From NCBI GenBank assembly GCA_008632985.1, contig QPGO01000012.1, positions 744,001-808,000 of the forward strand: a stretch of 64,000 bases of DNA, in the 5' to 3' direction. This DNA comes from Psammoneis japonica (Eukaryota). A program made the translations under genes and the position numbers. Under the pieces are notes generated by a model that did no database searches, was not told the DNA's origin, and saw only the letters and a program-made list of their open reading frames with translations. Shown here piece by piece: positions 1 through 11,054 of the stretch (its first letter is position 1; the number at the start of each line of letters is the position of its first letter).

Positions 1-86
1 ATTAAACGGGCTTCATTCTATTCTTCAAGGGTTGTTCTAAATCTGGTGTTTGAAATTGTCTCATAAAATTCGAAGCGTGAGACAAA

Positions 87-1184
87 ATGAAAACCACCTA
101 CAATCTCTTTGTCCTCTCCACCCTCCTTGGGATCGGAGCTCATGGCGTTACTGCCAACGTAGAGCCAACATGTGGTGAACCTCCATACAACAAACGAAAG
201 GACAGGGCCGTTTTTCTCTGGCGAAAGTGCTTTTCTTCCGAGTGGTACTTGGAAGCCGCTGGAGGTAAACTACCTGTGTCAGTCACTGCCAACTTGGTGG
301 CTGATGCATCCGACATTGCTATCAACAAAAAGGCCGTCGGGGTTGAGTTGAACAAGGACTTCACAATCAATGTCCCAAAGAAAAAGAAAGATGGCTTCAA
401 ATTCATCGTCAAGGATGATGGGAGTGGATGTTTGACTGTCAAGACGCCTGAAGACATCCCCCTGTATGTTGGTAAGAACCGCGTGGCGCTTCCTACCAAA
501 TCCATCAGTGTCCCCGGCTTGAGGCCATGCGATGGACCGATTCTCGAATACCGTTTTGATACTTCTCGCACCCTTTTCAAGGACACGGGAGCAAATGGAT
601 GGGACGGCACAACTGCACCAGGAAGAGGCAGGATATCATACACCACTTTGGGTCATTCCAGGTATGGAGCCAGCTTTGATGGGAGGAACGATCAGATGGT
701 CATCCAAGAAGCCAAAGACCTAAGCATGGACAAGTATACCATGATGGCATGGGTTCGCTACTCTCAAACTACAAATGCTGAATTTGCCTATGTGATTGCT
801 CTAAAAACGTCAGCCATTTGGCTCACCATCAACAAGGAATCCCGCACTGTCAGATTCGGGGGCTTTTTCGGCGGTTGTGCTCGGAAGAACCTTACGTTGC
901 TAAAAGGTACCAAACCAGTTCCAACAGAGTCCTGGACCCACATTGCTGCAACCAACGATGGCGATTCATTGAAGGTCTATATCAATGGAGAACTGGACTC
1001 AGAAATTGATCTCGTAACTAAAGGAACCTATTGTTCCAACAAGGCACCGCTTAACATTGGCTCCTATTTGGGAGAGAAGCAAGCGGAAGATAGAAATTTC
1101 TTTCGTGGATACATGGACACTTTCCGCGTCTACGATAAGGATCTTGGTCAAGACGAAATCCGTTCCGAGATGTTCCGTCACTAG
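87..1184 (+). CDS. Secreted protein with C-terminal LamG/concanavalin A-like lectin domain (paralog 1)
   Basis: Intronless 365-aa ORF; hydrophobic N-terminal signal peptide; LamG_3-type motifs YTMMAWV, WTHIAATNDG..LKVYING, FRGYMDTFRVYD; full-length paralog at 3463..4560. Confidence 0.85.
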   Translation: MKTTYNLFVLSTLLGIGAHGVTANVEPTCGEPPYNKRKDRAVFLWRKCFSSEWYLEAAGGKLPVSVTANLVADASDIAINKKAVGVELNKDFTINVPKKKKDGFKFIVKDDGSGCLTVKTPEDIPLYVGKNRVALPTKSISVPGLRPCDGPILEYRFDTSRTLFKDTGANGWDGTTAPGRGRISYTTLGHSRYGASFDGRNDQMVIQEAKDLSMDKYTMMAWVRYSQTTNAEFAYVIALKTSAIWLTINKESRTVRFGGFFGGCARKNLTLLKGTKPVPTESWTHIAATNDGDSLKVYINGELDSEIDLVTKGTYCSNKAPLNIGSYLGEKQAEDRNFFRGYMDTFRVYDKDLGQDEIRSEMFRH

Positions 1185-1399
1185 TTTGTGAAGAGGTTGA
1201 TCCGAGCAATGTGAAAGCGGCAGACAAGCCTACCTCAGTCGATCCCGAAGCTTGAAGACCCCCATGTGTTTCGCTAGTTGTTAAGTCTTTAGTAAACCTT
1301 TCTTTTGTCATCACCTGAAGCTACCATCTTACCGGCATTGTACAAGTATCCTCATTCTTATGGGGTGGCGTGTGGCGCACCGGGTAACGACACACTGAC

Positions 1400-3000
1400 A
1401 GTCTAACTAGCCCCTGTGAAGGTTTTGAGTTTTCGGCGCTTCAGCAATTTTGCGTGTCTCCAAGTTCTCGCTGTTTGATGCATGAACCATTCCAAAGTCC
1501 AAAGCACGAGGTCTGACTTGGTTCAGTTTAGACACTGCCACAAATCTGCTGAAAGTGAGTCAGTTCTACACTGTGACTGTGGCATGTTTGAAGTGTGCAC
1601 AAGCAGAGTGTTGCGTGTGTGGCAGTCGGGACTTGGTTGGGCACACTTGATGCAGCTCCAACAAATCAACGGTTGGTTGCACCATTTGTTTGTCATGCAT
1701 TCTCTGTTCACACTGTCATTGCAAGCAAGTCCCTTGCAGTGTTGGTTGTTCTGGCACATTGTCAAAGAACAATCACCTTTCTCTCGTCATGATTGAAAAA
1801 GAAGAGGTGTGACCAAAGCAACAAGAGTTGCAAAAAAATCACCAAAAGGCCTGTTCCAGCCCCAGGTGATCTGCAATCCATCATGCAAGAGGCCAATTTT
1901 CTGCACAGTTTAGCACATTAAACTCCTTCAAATTTGTGATGGTTCTGAAAATCAAAAAGTGAGCGCACATGAAAAAAAAAGTTTTTGTGTGCACTCACCT
2001 TTCGATTTGGGAAAAAAATTGATTTTGAAGGAGTTCATTGTGCCAAATGCAAAAATGGGCCAGTGATGGATTTCATGCCTGTGCAGGATGCTTGGAGCTG
2101 GAGCAGGCTAAAAGGAAACAAAGAAAACCATTTGCGCACACACAGCCTTTCAGATGGTTGGACAACAGGAGCACATTCAACCCTCACAGCCAGTGCACAA
2201 GGCATCAAGTTGGTGCTCATTTTGTGTCACTGAAATGTTTGCAAAAGTGCAGACAACGGCACAAAGTGGAAAGCCCAGAAAACACGTGCCAAATTTGTTT
2301 CTCTCAGTCTTTGCCAACTGCTCTCAAATGGGTGCCTGCCAGCAGCAGCAGCTTTGCCAAAAGCACAGCAGCTGGCCCCAGCATTGTTTTGTGCCTCTTG
2401 TGCTCAACTTGCAATTTGTGCCACGGCACAAGAGTTGCCAATGCTCTCCTCAGCAATGCATGGGCTGAACACCCAGAAGAGATGCACACTGCACACACAA
2501 ATCAAAAATTCTGCTGTGTGACCCTTGTGTGACCAGCTGCATTTTTGGCATGACTTTTGTCAACAAAGCGGCGTGTGTGACAGTGTGACAGCTGGAGCCC
2601 CCCCACAGCTTTGGCACTTCTGCCAGCAACTTTTTGCAAAAAAGGCACTGCACAAAAACAAGGCTGTGCATCATTTCACCCAAAGAATCTCATTGTTTTT
2701 GGACACACAGCACACTTCAACATGCCATGTGATCTTTTTTTGGCACACACCAAACATTTGTAGAGAACATCAGCACCAACAGCATGTGAGTGTGTGTGCC
2801 AGAGCCCACTCATGTTTGTGCCCAGACAATTGCTTCCCATGTCACATGGCCTTGTGCTTGCACATTTTCTTTGCTGCCAGGTCTCACCGCCAGACGAGCC
2901 GCTTTGTTTGCCCATGTTGTGCACCACAAAGCATGCGCCATTTTGCTGACCCCCACCTTCTTGTCCCAAGATGAATGAAGCCCAAAACCCCCCAGAGTAA
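1400..3000. mobile_element. Degenerate repeat/TE relic, TpA- and CpG-depleted, between the LamG paralogs
   Basis: Abrupt switch to TG/CA-rich sequence; only about 2 TpA seen in 2041..2990; only spurious Cys/His-rich ORFs; boundaries approximate. Confidence 0.6.
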
Positions 3001-3462
3001 AGAACAATTGGCCTTCTCTTTCATCATTGTTGCGAAAGAAGAATTTTAAGACCGACGAGTGTTACGAAGAACACCCAAAGAATTCTTCTTTTCGTGAAGA
3101 AGACACCACTTGTGGCGGACCTGATGCTGTACATGGCAGCAGTAGAACGCAACGCCGTATTTGATGTCCTACCTACCTCTGCCTACGTACAGCACCATGT
3201 CAAGAATGTCTTGTGACATATATGTTATTTCATGTCAAGACTTCACTTATTATCTATCCGGGACTTTCTAGAAAGAGCCTAAAGGTCCGTTGCACTGCAC
3301 ACAAAAAAATGAAGAAGCGAATCGCTCTAATTATACTGTAGCGTCAAGCATGCTTCTCTTCTCTTTTCTTCCGCTATGTCTTTAACCCACAAACAATACA
3401 CACAGACAATCTCGCTGTTTCGGGTTGGGCTCGTTGTGTCACAAAAATTCAAACGGGACAAC

Positions 3463-4560
3463 ATGAAAACCAGCTACAGCCATCTCTTACTCTTCTCCAC
3501 TTTATGTTGGGTTGGTGCTCATCGCGTTAATGCGAATGAAGGGCCATCGTGCGGCTTTCCACCGTTCAATAAACGAAAGGACAGGGGCATTTTTGTGTTC
3601 AAGAAGTGCTTTAGCAACCAATGGTACTTCCGAGTCATTGGTGGTCGCCAGCCTTTGACTGTCACTGGCACCCTTGAGGGGGATAAATCCAAAGTTCAGG
3701 TAAAGGATGCTGCCCTAAACACAGAATTCGTCGTCGATGTCAAGAAAAAGCAATTGGATGGTTTCAATTTCAACGTCAAGGACGAGGGCAAGGCATGCTT
3801 GACCATCAACTCGTCGGGAGACGAAGACATTCCCCTTTATGTGGGAAAGAATAAAGTGAAATTCGCTAAGAAATCTATCAGTTTTCCTTCCCTCAAGCCG
3901 TGCGATGGACCGCTTCTCGAATACCGCTTTGATTCTTCTCGCACTCTTTTCAAAGATACAGGAGAGCTGGGCTGGGACGGTACCACTGCACCAGGAAGAG
4001 GCAGGATATCTTACACCAGTCTTGGGTATTCCAGATATGCAGCCAGCCTTGATGGGAGGGATGATCACATGCTTATCCCTCAATCTAAAAACTTGAATAT
4101 GAAGATGTACACCATGATGGCATGGGTTCGATATTCTGATACTTCGAGAAAAGATGACAGGGCTTATGCGATTGTTCAGAAAGCGTCGGCTGTTTGGTTC
4201 AACATCAACAGAGAAACCCATACAGTCCGGGCTGGTGGCTTTTTTGGTGGTTGTAGTTCAAAGAACCTGTTTCAGTTGAAGGGCACCACAAAACTCCCGA
4301 CGGAGTCTTGGACCCACATTGCTGCAATCAACGATGGGGTGACATTGAAGGTCTACATCAATGGAGAATTGGAAGTAGAGGGGAAGTTTCCGGACAGTGC
4401 AGAATATTGTGCTAATCAGGCACCATTTAATGTCGGATCTGGCTTTGGGGAGACGAGGGAACAAGACAAGAATTTCTTTAGGGGATACATGGACACGGTA
4501 CGTGTCTACGATGAGCCTCTCAGCCAAGATGAACTCCGTTCCGAAATGTTTCGCGTTTAG
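3463..4560 (+). CDS. Secreted LamG/concanavalin A-like lectin domain protein (paralog 2)
   Basis: ATG at 3463 (MKTSYS...) aligns with MKTTYN of paralog 1; also 365 aa; shares blocks such as GWDGTTAPGRGRISYT and PTESWTHIAA. Confidence 0.85.
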   Translation: MKTSYSHLLLFSTLCWVGAHRVNANEGPSCGFPPFNKRKDRGIFVFKKCFSNQWYFRVIGGRQPLTVTGTLEGDKSKVQVKDAALNTEFVVDVKKKQLDGFNFNVKDEGKACLTINSSGDEDIPLYVGKNKVKFAKKSISFPSLKPCDGPLLEYRFDSSRTLFKDTGELGWDGTTAPGRGRISYTSLGYSRYAASLDGRDDHMLIPQSKNLNMKMYTMMAWVRYSDTSRKDDRAYAIVQKASAVWFNINRETHTVRAGGFFGGCSSKNLFQLKGTTKLPTESWTHIAAINDGVTLKVYINGELEVEGKFPDSAEYCANQAPFNVGSGFGETREQDKNFFRGYMDTVRVYDEPLSQDELRSEMFRV

Positions 4561-4825
4561 ACAGGAATTTCGAAGCAGCGTGCTACACGGAGCAAGGTTG
4601 ACGCACCGCTGCCAATGAGCTACCTGGATTCACGAAGTATGACGATGTGTTCGGTTTCGGATTCTCTAGCTAGGGCCTAGCTAGTAGGCTATGGTAGTCT
4701 CTCGTAAACGTTCATTGTGTAATTCTGCATAAGAACACGTTTTCTACATTCTGGTTTACTCGTGAAAATTCGACATACCCTGCCACCCTTCCATGGTTCT
4801 AGCCCCCCAACACCACGGAGCGACT

Positions 4826-6371
4826 TTACGACAGTCCTCTCGCCCACAAGGAGCCCGCTTCGCCAAAGACATCAAATAAGGACGACCCACTGTTCGTAGC
4901 AACTGCGGGTTCCATTCCAGCATTGTCTCTTTGAGTACCGGTTGCATTGTTGCTGTTCTGACCTTTCTTGCGCCGGTTTCGAAGGGACCATTCAAATCCA
5001 ATCGATTCCAACTTTGCCACTTGTTCTGGCGTGATTTTCCTGTTCTTTGAATACTTGGCACCCTTGTATTGAATCTTGTATGCCGCCCTCATGTCCGAGA
5101 CCCATTCTCCCAAACCGACAGGTTCCTTGTGCAAGTGCGGAACGCGGACGTGGCCGTGCTTTTCCTTGTATTCCAGCAATTGTTGGAACCGTTCATCCAG
5201 GACAGCCTGTCGGATCCGGAGCGAATGAGATTTGCCCAACCAAACCCAATGCTGTTGAGTTTCTGGATTTGTTCCGGTGTAAGGGCAGATGCCTCTCCAC
5301 GGGCATACAATTTATGGTTTGCTCGTTGTCGACAAACCCAAAAACCAAGCTCCGCGTTTTCCTTTATTGAGACATTGCAATGCCCATGAACCGCCTTGAA
5401 TTCCTTCAACTCTTCAAAGCGCTTGTTCCAGTTTGCGCCATGTATGGGGCCAATCTTGCGTTTTCGCGTGCTTCCACTGATTCCTTGAAGCTGTTCAACT
5501 TGTTTTTCCAGAGCCTTGATTCTCTTCGCATCCGCCTTGCGCTTCTTGTTGGTCTCGGACAGCTCGGTTTGCAGCTGGTAAATCTTGGCGTCCCGCTTCG
5601 TAGACTTTTCGGCATGATCTTGTTTGAGTTTTTCCTTGACCGCCTTGATGACTGCCTTGTGCTTTTGTTGTAAAAAGTTCATCTTGGCAGTGTGCGTTTT
5701 TACCAATTCGTTGCGTTGCTCTTCGAGATTTCTTGATACGCAAGCAACGTCACAAATCTTTCTGTTGGAGGAGGAACCGCCGCTGGTTTTGATGCGTCAC
5801 TTTTGTGTTTCTTCTTTGACGGACGCTTCTCGTCGTTGTTGTTCACTACTTGTTGTGAACAATCGTCCTTGTCCGAGCCTACTACAACCATGTTGTCCGA
5901 TGATGATTCAGCGGATCGTTTCTTGCGCGATTGCTTCTTCTCGCCCCTACCGTTGGGTGGCAAAACTGCTGCCGCGGCACGTGTGGCCGCCTGCTCGTTC
6001 TCAACCTGCGGCTGCGCCTCTGTAGCCTTCTTCTTTGTCCTCTTGGCGTTGCGATTTGAAGAATTCTCTCTTGTCCGGGAAAGTGCCCTCGAGGTAGTAG
6101 AAGCGTGAATTTTTTCAGAGTCATTATCCACCGTCAATACAGAGATTTTTTTGGTTGATTTCTTCTTTTTAGTAGTGGCAGTATCGTGCGACGATAGTGC
6201 AAGTAATGCTGTACCTGCTGCTGCTGTAGCAGCAGCCTCTGCTTGACTCTTGATAGTACGTTTTTTGTTTCTCTTGTTTCGAGCTGCTCTTCGTTCCTCC
6301 TCATTTTCGAGTTGCAACTGAGCGTTGGCAGAAATCTGTCTCGCTCGTTTTCCTCTACCAAGATCACTCAT
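4826..6371 (-). CDS. Protein with basic low-complexity N-terminus, coiled coil and two helicase-associated (HA) domains; two apparent -1 frameshifts
   Basis: HA motifs WNKRFEELKEFKAVHGHCNV...LGFWV...LNSIGFGW and ERFQQLLEYKEKHGHVRVP...LGEWV...LESIGFEW; adding one base to homopolymer runs at ~5730 and ~5197 joins three ORFs into one. Confidence 0.75.
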
Positions 6372-6733
6372 GTAGAATAAGTTTTTGATAATAACAAGAG
6401 AGGAAACAAGGCACGATATAAGAATAAGCCGCAAAACAACAGGGAGAGCTATATGATGATACAGAGTGTTCCCGCAACAGCAGCAGAGCAAACTGTGATG
6501 CGTTGCGCGTCGGGGTTGGCTACTAGCGAAAATACAGAAAAATGAGCTCATGTACAATCTACGTGAACTTAGTACATACTACGAGCTCCACGTTCTATGA
6601 AAACTTCAATCAGCGATCGCCGAAAGATCAGTCACACTAAAAAAATTGAACACAAACTACAATAAGAACTTGAAACTTTCAAGCCGGTATAGTAGAGAGA
6701 ACAGATCAACAACAACAAGAGCAAAAGATAATC

Positions 6734-7531
6734 ATGAGTGACAACAAGCGAAAGGTCGATACCAAGGCGACGTTGTTGTCTGCGAAAAAGCACAAGGCCA
6801 ATGACGACGACGACATCATGGCGGCGGTGCTGGAAAATGATGATCTGCTGGGGTTGATTGTAGAGTTTGCCGTGGACTCTGTTGTAACACTCGAGACTCT
6901 TCGTCACACCAACAAGCGTTTCTTGTCCATTGTGGATACAAATCTCTTTCGGATCGAGTCATCCGGAGAAGACGACACTACACAGGGCACCAAGAAGAAG
7001 GGCATTATTGTCAATATTCTCAAGGCCAATGGGCACGACGGACTCGCCGGCACTTTTTGGAGAGATCTAACGTCGAGTCCTCCTCTTTTGCTCGAGTCAC
7101 TTTGGTATTACCATGCCGTGCATACTGCTGGATTGTTTGAAAAGAAAAAAGTGGCGAGTAACAACCCTGACATCCCCAAGTCTGTCTCTCGCGTGTTGGA
7201 ACTACTTGCGCTCCTTGAGGACTTTCCACTCGTCAAGGCCTCCTGGGAAGAGGGTGGACTCTGCGGTGATCCACTCAATGTGGTTGCTGCTATTGTAACT
7301 AGAATGCTCGTCACTGGAGTCCTTCCTGATCCAGATCACATCAACATCCAAGAACACATCAACATCGTTACGAGTGGTCGCAAAAAGTATCAGCATGCGC
7401 TCTACCGCGAGTACAATGCATCGGTCCCTTGCAATCTCTTTACGCCCAGTCAGTTGCGCTTGTATTGGCCCGATGTTCCGTTGCAACTCAAATTGTTGGT
7501 TGCGGTCGGCAACAAGGGCAAGCGCTATTAG
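6734..7531 (+). CDS. Hypothetical protein, possibly F-box-like N-terminus; probably extends to ~7690 across a frameshift
   Basis: 265-aa ORF with normal composition (VLENDDLLGLIVEF...); one extra G in the GGG run near 7516 continues it into GQALLEKVFRF... Confidence 0.5.
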   Translation: MSDNKRKVDTKATLLSAKKHKANDDDDIMAAVLENDDLLGLIVEFAVDSVVTLETLRHTNKRFLSIVDTNLFRIESSGEDDTTQGTKKKGIIVNILKANGHDGLAGTFWRDLTSSPPLLLESLWYYHAVHTAGLFEKKKVASNNPDIPKSVSRVLELLALLEDFPLVKASWEEGGLCGDPLNVVAAIVTRMLVTGVLPDPDHINIQEHINIVTSGRKKYQHALYREYNASVPCNLFTPSQLRLYWPDVPLQLKLLVAVGNKGKRY

Positions 7532-9550
7532 AGAAAGTGTTTAGGTTTTGTACGAGGATATTGGGGCAACCGCCTACAATAATTGTCACGGTTCATAATG
7601 CCATATTGCCGCGCAACGAGACACGCTTGCGCTGTTTCCAAAAGGATTTGGTGGATCATGGCTTTTCTATTGATGGGGAAAAGAGGTGAAGAAATGGGGT
7701 CTTGTGCCTGAAAGAAAAGCTACGTGGAGTAAACTAGATGGCAAATGCCAGAGCAGTGCGTAGAAAGTCTTCTATTGTATGCATGGATTATGAGGAGAGC
7801 AGAAAGGGTACATAGCCTTGGTCCGATGGAATATTAGAATGACTATTCTGTGTACGTTCAGGTATGTTTTGAAGCTTTACGCATTTGCAGTGTCTAGAGT
7901 ACACAAGAATGCATTCATCTGTTGAGTCCGATTGCTTTGTGTGTACGTGCGATTCTACTTTGCGTATAGGTTTCCGTTTGTTACCGCCTTACATCACCCT
8001 GGGTATTGTGTTCCGAGCTGAAGGCAGGCATTCAACTTTTAAACCTTACAAGCCTTGAATAGACTAGTCTAAGTGCCACATAATCACCGTTTCGGCGACG
8101 GCTTGTCAGGTCTAACGAGTCATCATTTCTACTGGCCCTCGAGCAGGCATGCAGTTCTGCAACTGCGAGCAGAGACCATGCACTCAAGCACATTCTCTGA
8201 TGGGACCATTGTCATTATCAATCCCTCCAATGTACGTTTCTGCAAATCGAGACTGCAACACTGGAACTTTCTTGGGAACATTCTCTTGGTCCGATTTGAC
8301 CCAGACGAGCGTCGCTCCACTGCTGACTGGGTGATCACCAGCTAGACACCTCAAGAAACAGCACATTTTTCCAGAAGTTCTGGATGAGAAGCTGCCACTT
8401 CCCCTCAACCAGGCGCATCCCAACCAGGACCATGGCATGGATGCTCTTGCTTTCCCCAGCAGAATGAATGTGTCAATGCTTCCATCAGAAAAGAGATCTT
8501 TGTCACACAAAGCACCTTGATTGCAGCCATTGCTGTCTGGTGGGTGGAAATGCCTGTCCACAAGGAAGGAGGCAACAACAGCCGGTCTGCACCACGTCTG
8601 AAGATTTGCCCAAATAATGCCTGGTGGATCCTGTGCTGAAACCTTGCCAATGTCTTCTCGAATCCACATTTGGTCTCAATTTCCACCAAAGTTGATGGCA
8701 GCACTGAATTGTTGCAGGGAAGCTGTGGCTCTCTTCTTCCAAACTGACAACCAATGTGGACACAACACACCACAATCTGAAATCATGGCTGTCACGTTGT
8801 TGCTTGATGCAGCTTGAGCCAGCTTGAGCCAGCTCTTTGCTCTTTGCACAAAAGTTCAAAGTTGGTCGTGGGGGTCAACAGATTTGAGTCTGTGCGTCGA
8901 CCATTTTCGCTCTCGCTTGCACAATGGTCTCACGTGGAGCGGTGGGAGGGCAAATGACTCTTCACCACCCAGCACTGAAAACCAAGCACTGGGGTTGACT
9001 TGAGGGTCTTGTCAGTGGACACTCTCCTTTTGTGATGTCGTTCTTCACAGGAGAGTCTGATTTGCATGCACCCTTGGGACATGTGTGTGCCCGTCTGCTG
9101 CTGTCAAGAGTGGGGCGGCCTGTGGACATGACAGGGTGACAAGCCATGCAAGCTGGCACAGAAATCACACAGAATTTGCAACACAGAAAAATCACAAAGC
9201 AAACATTTTTCTTGTGCTTCTGCTGTGCTTCTCCTCTCAACCAATGCCCCAAGGAATTGTTCTCATCTTGTGAAGCCATCGACACTTTGTGCGATGACTT
9301 TTGCATGTGAGCTCCATGCACGGACACTTCAAAATTCCATTTTTAGAAATTTGATCAATGGACTTTTTCCAATGACAAAGCTTTGCCAACCAGCAGACAT
9401 TGTGGTGTTTGTGTCATCAAATGGCAAGTGTGCAAAGCTTCAGAGCTGCTGGTGTGACTGAAATGAACTCCTTGAGGTCACGGCCTGTTTTCCACAAAGC
9501 ATGGGGGAATGCACAACAAACAAGACATTCCACATGGATTTTCTGTGTTG

Positions 9551-10469
9551 GACTTGTTCCAGACTTACCGTAGGTGCACTCACGCGCGAAAAAATGACCC
9601 TTTTTGCATGAAACGCGCGGTCCACACTTGCGGTACCATTTTCGATAGTAAAAACATAACAATTTACAAATGTGTTGTTATGGGTACATACAGAATTGTC
9701 TTGTGCGTGTACCCATGTATTCGAAACTGTTGATGGACTCGGTTGTTAGTCGCTAAATTGTACCGTAAGTTGAGAGCTCGAATTTTCCGATGAGCGATTT
9801 ATATATGCCTCAATGTAACAAGAAACATATAAAATAAAATTAATATATATAAATTAAGTCTTTAACATAGCATAATTAATATTTTGTTCAAATACGTAAA
9901 TACGAGTTACACTCAACGGATCGAATAAAGCATACGTTGATTAATAAGTTTAGGACGACGTGAGAAGAAGTGTAGCTCAGCCCACGCAATGGCGTCGACT
10001 TCGGACCATTTTTCACGGTTTAAAAGGCATAAACGATTGATACACTTGAATCAGTCGAATATATTGAGGAAATATACATGGTAATAGAAAAGAAATGGTC
10101 CTTAGAGGCAAATTGTGAGTGAATAGAGGCTCAATTGTTGTTGCTGACAGATTTAGCATTATTGTGCCGCGCTGCAGCCTTCAACAAGCATTTTCACTAT
10201 TGTTGTTGATGACACAGACTATATCAAATACGGAGATCCTGGTCATGACATTCAATTTTCCATAAGGCTGAAAAAAGTGGGCCGTCATGGTCACTGAAAG
10301 CCATGGCCGGTTTGGCTGTTTGTTTGTTCGAGTTTATTCTGTTTATTTTACTTAAAAGCCATTTATATGATCAATTTTATTAAATATGTACGGTGTTGAA
10401 TAAAGCATTAAAAAATTATTTTTTCTGCGAAAAGGGGCATGTGCGCGCCACCTAAGTCTGGAACAAGTC
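9551..10469. mobile_element. Non-autonomous DNA transposon (GAC...GTC termini, 4-bp TSD GTTG)
   Basis: TIR GACTTGTTCCAGACTTA at 9551..9567 and its reverse complement at 10453..10469; GTTG at 9547..9550 and 10470..10473; AT-rich interior keeps TpA. Confidence 0.85.
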
Positions 10470-10654
10470 GTTGTTCTTGCACCAGAAATTGATCCAAACC
10501 CTGTGTTCTGAACTCACAACCCACAACCCCTGTGCACATGGCTTGCCAGGCTTCCCTGCAAGGGTGCCCTGAAACTTGTCATTGTGCACATTCCGCACAG
10601 TCTGGTGCATTGCCAATGCACAAATGTGAAGTTTTTGGGCTTGTCTTGTTGGGA

Positions 10655-11054
10655 CAGTGGTCACCTCTGTTTTGTGGGAAAGAACTGTCAAACAACTCAG
10701 TTTGTGGATGTGCTTCAATGATCACATCTCAACCGCAAAACCCTGTTGTCCAAACAAGCCCTCAGGCTCAGTGCCTTGCCCCCAATTTGCACACCATGAT
10801 TTTGGCTCTGCCACTTGTTTTCTCCAGAAACTTGTGCTCAGTCATTTGACACAGACCAAGTCTGCATTGTTTTGCTCAGATTGGTTTTTTGACAAGGAGA
10901 GCGAGTGAAACAAATTCCTTGCATGTGAAAAAAGGGGCAAGACACTGAGAATTTGTTTGGATGATGGGGTTTGTGGTTGAGATGTGATCATTGAAAGACA
11001 TCCATCAACTGAGTTGTTTGAAAACTCTTTTCCATAAAATGGAGGTGATCACTG
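10655..11054. repeat. About 110-bp imperfect inverted repeat (foldback/MITE relic)
   Basis: 10655..10765 matches the reverse complement of 10945..11054 (shared core TTCAATGATCACATCTCAACC); arms differ at several CA/TG and TA/TG sites. Confidence 0.75.

Noticed and set aside
3376..3462. Longer N-terminus for LamG paralog 2
   Set aside because: Alignment to paralog 1 and the signal peptide place the start at 3463
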